41,494 bases of DNA from Nemertoderma westbladi. Lineage: Eukaryota; Animalia; Xenacoelomorpha. Under the pieces are notes generated by a model. The model saw only the letters and a program-made list of their open reading frames with translations, made no database searches and had not been told where the DNA came from. A program made the position numbers and the translations under genes. Shown in pieces: positions 38,001 to 41,494 of the stretch; positions within the stretch are counted from its first letter, which is position 1; each line of letters begins with the position of its first letter. The stretch is taken from NCBI GenBank assembly GCA_032718475.1, contig JAUCBJ010007803.1, positions 1 through 41,494 of the forward strand. Reading direction: 5' to 3'.

Positions 38001-41000
38001 TATGGTTGGAAGTTCATACGTAAATAATGTAGTTTCATTGATTGTAGAGTTGCACCAATCCAAATGGTCTGTCCAATATAATTGTTCACATGTTCAGACT
38101 CTACTGTATATGAGCGCAATATGGTTGGAAGTTCATACGTAAATAATGTAGTTTCATTGATTGTAGAGTTGCACCAATCCAAATGGTCTGTCCAATATAA
38201 TTGTTCACATGTTCAGACTCTACTGTATATGAGCGCAATATGGTTGGAAGTTCATACGTAAATAATGTAGTTTCATTGATTGTAGAGTTGCACCAATCCA
38301 AATGGTCTGTCCAATATAATTGTTCACATGTTCAGACTCTACTGTATATGAGCGCAATATGGTTGGAAGTTCATACGTAAATAATGTAGTTTCATTGATT
38401 GTAGAGTTGCACCAATCCAAATGGTCTGTCCAATATAATTGTTCACATGTTCAGACTCTACTGTATATGAGCGCAATATGGTTGGAAGTTCATACGTAAA
38501 TAATGTAGTTTCATTGATTGTAGAGTTGCACCAATCCAAATGGTCTGTCCAATATAATTGTTCACATGTTCAGACTCTACTGTATATGAGCGCAATATGG
38601 TTGGAAGTTCATACGTAAATAATGTAGTTTCATTGATTGTAGAGTTGCACCAATCCAAATGGTCTGTCCAATATAATTGTTCACATGTTCAGACTCTACT
38701 GTATATGAGCGCAATATGGTTGGAAGTTCATACGTAAATAATGTAGTTTCATTGATTGTAGAGTTGCACCAATCCAAATGGTCTGTCCAATATAATTGTT
38801 CACATGTTCAGACTCTACTGTATATGAGCGCAATATGGTTGGAAGTTCATACGTAAATAATGTAGTTTCATTGATTGTAGAGTTGCACCAATCCAAATGG
38901 TCTGTCCAATATAATTGTTCACATGTTCAGACTCTACTGTATATGAGCGCAATATGGTTGGAAGTTCATACGTAAATAATGTAGTTTCATTGATTGTAGA
39001 GTTGCACCAATCCAAATGGTCTGTCCAATATAATTGTTCACATGTTCAGACTCTACTGTATATGAGCGCAATATGGTTGGAAGTTCATACGTAAATAATG
39101 TAGTTTCATTGATTGTAGAGTTGCACCAATCCAAATGGTCTGTCCAATATAATTGTTCACATGTTCAGACTCTACTGTATATGAGCGCAATATGGTTGGA
39201 AGTTCATACGTAAATAATGTAGTTTCATTGATTGTAGAGTTGCACCAATCCAAATGGTCTGTCCAATATAATTGTTCACATGTTCAGACTCTACTGTATA
39301 TGAGCGCAATATGGTTGGAAGTTCATACGTAAATAATGTAGTTTCATTGATTGTAGAGTTGCACCAATCCAAATGGTCTGTCCAATATAATTGTTCACAT
39401 GTTCAGACTCTACTGTATATGAGCGCAATATGGTTGGAAGTTCATACGTAAATAATGTAGTTTCATTGATTGTAGAGTTGCACCAATCCAAATGGTCTGT
39501 CCAATATAATTGTTCACATGTTCAGACTCTACTGTATATGAGCGCAATATGGTTGGAAGTTCATACGTAAATAATGTAGTTTCATTGATTGTAGAGTTGC
39601 ACCAATCCAAATGGTCTGTCCAATATAATTGTTCACATGTTCAGACTCTACTGTATATGAGCGCAATATGGTTGGAAGTTCATACGTAAATAATGTAGTT
39701 TCATTGATTGTAGAGTTGCACCAATCCAAATGGTCTGTCCAATATAATTGTTCACATGTTCAGACTCTACTGTATATGAGCGCAATATGGTTGGAAGTTC
39801 ATACGTAAATAATGTAGTTTCATTGATTGTAGAGTTGCACCAATCCAAATGGTCTGTCCAATATAATTGTTCACATGTTCAGACTCTACTGTATATGAGC
39901 GCAATATGGTTGGAAGTTCATACGTAAATAATGTAGTTTCATTGATTGTAGAGTTGCACCAATCCAAATGGTCTGTCCAATATAATTGTTCACATGTTCA
40001 GACTCTACTGTATATGAGCGCAATATGGTTGGAAGTTCATACGTAAATAATGTAGTTTCATTGATTGTAGAGTTGCACCAATCCAAATGGTCTGTCCAAT
40101 ATAATTGTTCACATGTTCAGACTCTACTGTATATGAGCGCAATATGGTTGGAAGTTCATACGTAAATAATGTAGTTTCATTGATTGTAGAGTTGCACCAA
40201 TCCAAATGGTCTGTCCAATATAATTGTTCACATGTTCAGACTCTACTGTATATGAGCGCAATATGGTTGGAAGTTCATACGTAAATAATGTAGTTTCATT
40301 GATTGTAGAGTTGCACCAATCCAAATGGTCTGTCCAATATAATTGTTCACATGTTCAGACTCTACTGTATATGAGCGCAATATGGTTGGAAGTTCATACG
40401 TAAATAATGTAGTTTCATTGATTGTAGAGTTGCACCAATCCAAATGGTCTGTCCAATATAATTGTTCACATGTTCAGACTCTACTGTATATGAGCGCAAT
40501 ATGGTTGGAAGTTCATACGTAAATAATGTAGTTTCATTGATTGTAGAGTTGCACCAATCCAAATGGTCTGTCCAATATAATTGTTCACATGTTCAGACTC
40601 TACTGTATATGAGCGCAATATGGTTGGAAGTTCATACGTAAATAATGTAGTTTCATTGATTGTAGAGTTGCACCAATCCAAATGGTCTGTCCAATATAAT
40701 TGTTCACATGTTCAGACTCTACTGTATATGAGCGCAATATGGTTGGAAGTTCATACGTAAATAATGTAGTTTCATTGATTGTAGAGTTGCACCAATCCAA
40801 ATGGTCTGTCCAATATAATTGTTCACATGTTCAGACTCTACTGTATATGAGCGCAATATGGTTGGAAGTTCATACGTAAATAATGTAGTTTCATTGATTG
40901 TAGAGTTGCACCAATCCAAATGGTCTGTCCAATATAATTGTTCACATGTTCAGACTCTACTGTATATGAGCGCAATATGGTTGGAAGTTCATACGTAAAT

Positions 41001-41494
41001 AATGTAGTTTCATTGATTGTAGAGTTGCACCAATCCAAATGGTCTGTCCAATATAATTGTTCACATGTTCAGACTCTACTGTATATGAGCGCAATATGGT
41101 TGGAAGTTCATACGTAAATAATGTAGTTTCATTGATTGTAGAGTTGCACCAATCCAAATGGTCTGTCCAATATAATTGTTCACATGTTCAGACTCTACTG
41201 TATATGAGCGCAATATGGTTGGAAGTTCATACGTAAATAATGTAGTTTCATTGATTGTAGAGTTGCACCAATCCAAATGGTCTGTCCAATATAATTGTTC
41301 ACATGTTCAGACTCTACTGTATATGAGCGCAATATGGTTGGAAGTTCATACGTAAATAATGTAGTTTCATTGATTGTAGAGTTGCACCAATCCAAATGGT
41401 CTGTCCAATATAATTGTTCACATGTTCAGACTCTACTGTATATGAGCGCAATATGGTTGGAAGTTCATACGTAAATAATGTAGTTTCATTGATT
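32020..41494 (+). repeat. 119-bp satellite DNA, ~80 copies, running off the window
   Basis: Exact 119-bp period, also visible in the ORF track spacing; one 110-bp unit near 32620 and a few substitutions before ~33220. Confidence 0.99.

Noticed and set aside
32041-41395. About 79 copies of a 66-aa protein with a GIY-YIG-like YIGQT motif
   Set aside because: The ORFs overlap one another, start at non-ATG codons and arise from translating a period not divisible by 3. The other GIY-YIG residues are absent.
32020-41494. 5S rRNA tandem array (119-bp period) or hammerhead-ribozyme satellite
   Set aside because: AT-rich, no 5S internal control region or similarity, no spacer between units, and no CTGANGA core on either strand.

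Overview
Repeat-dense, gene-free eukaryotic (probably invertebrate animal) DNA with no recognisable host genes. The backbone appears to be a head-to-tail chain of non-autonomous elements lacking terminal inverted repeats (TIRs), mostly joined by (TG)n microsatellites: E1 right end ~3540-4031; E2 4061-13500; E3a 13524-18348; E3b 18349-22802; E4 22854-28331; E5 from 30341. Two groups use different short subterminal motifs (GGGGAC/GTCCCC and GTGCTAAC/GTTAGCAC) but place the outermost right-end motif exactly 21 nt from the TG tract. Nested inside are three RTE-clade LINE remnants of one family, a young 943-aa APE+RT RTE whose insertion coincides with a ~3.8-kb deletion, a TTAA Kolobok-like element, a foldback MITE with a 9-bp TSD, a hAT-like end, a 3-kb TSD-less insertion and several minisatellites. 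At 28.3-30.4 kb the first 42 bp of E5 is repeated 27 times with variable (TG)n spacers. The last 9.5 kb is a near-perfect 119-bp satellite. The first ~2-3 kb may be the 3' end of an LTR retroelement (low confidence). All superfamily calls come from reading the sequence only; no database searches were run.
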